Positions 63,848 to 64,000 of a stretch of DNA of 64,000 nucleotides are shown one piece after another. Positions within the stretch are counted from its first letter, which is position 1; each line of letters opens with the position of its first letter. The stretch covers positions 14,040 through 78,039 of the forward strand of contig JAXDLN010000012.1 of assembly GCA_034666565.1 (NCBI GenBank), read 5' to 3'. A program made the position numbers and the translations under genes. Below the pieces are notes generated by a model. That model searched no databases, was not told the origin of the DNA, and saw only the letters and a program-made list of their open reading frames with translations. This DNA is from Chloroflexota bacterium (lineage in GTDB: Bacteria > Chloroflexota > Dormibacteria > CF-121).

Positions 63848-64000
63848 CGGCCCATCCTACGTGAACCGTCGCGAGATTTTTACATCCGGCGCCACGCGCA
63901 AGAAATCTCTTAGACGAGCGTGACACCAGCAACGGCTTTGGCGCGCGCCGGCCGGTTCAGCCATGACCCTACCCAGGATCCGATCGCTGGCCATGCGGCG

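Noticed and set aside
63873-64000. Inverted repeat GAGATTT..AAATCTC and an ORF start at 63963
   Set aside because: Too little sequence before the window edge to interpret.

Overview
High-GC, gene-dense bacterial chromosomal segment. Gene style (many leaderless genes, DUF881 pair, GuaB3, PyrR/PyrK) suggests a Terrabacteria lineage such as Chloroflexota/Dormibacterota-like; this is inference only. Core content: infA, a Tad/Flp pseudopilin trio, ltaE, gdhA, a large purine cluster (guaB-guaA-purD-purE ... purB-C-S-Q-L-F-M-N-H) interrupted by a divergent biotin-dependent carboxylase pair and an ECF sigma/anti-sigma pair, an FMN riboswitch-controlled EamA transporter, recJ, cbiA/cobB, dnaJ-like, a PyrR-regulated pyrimidine operon with a fused carA-carB, a small accessory region at tRNA-Lys(UUU) with a duplicated tRNA 3' end, and ABC/acyl-CoA dehydrogenase genes. 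The most unusual signal is a ~32-36 bp hairpin plus G-tract repeat (CCCTCCCCC-loop-GGGGGAGGG-YAGGGTGGGGG). Nine copies were found by eye, all in the same orientation. Most lie inside coding sequences in frame (pyrR, carA, pyrK, purB, ybaK, an M23 peptidase), and one appears to supply the RBS and start codon of guaA.
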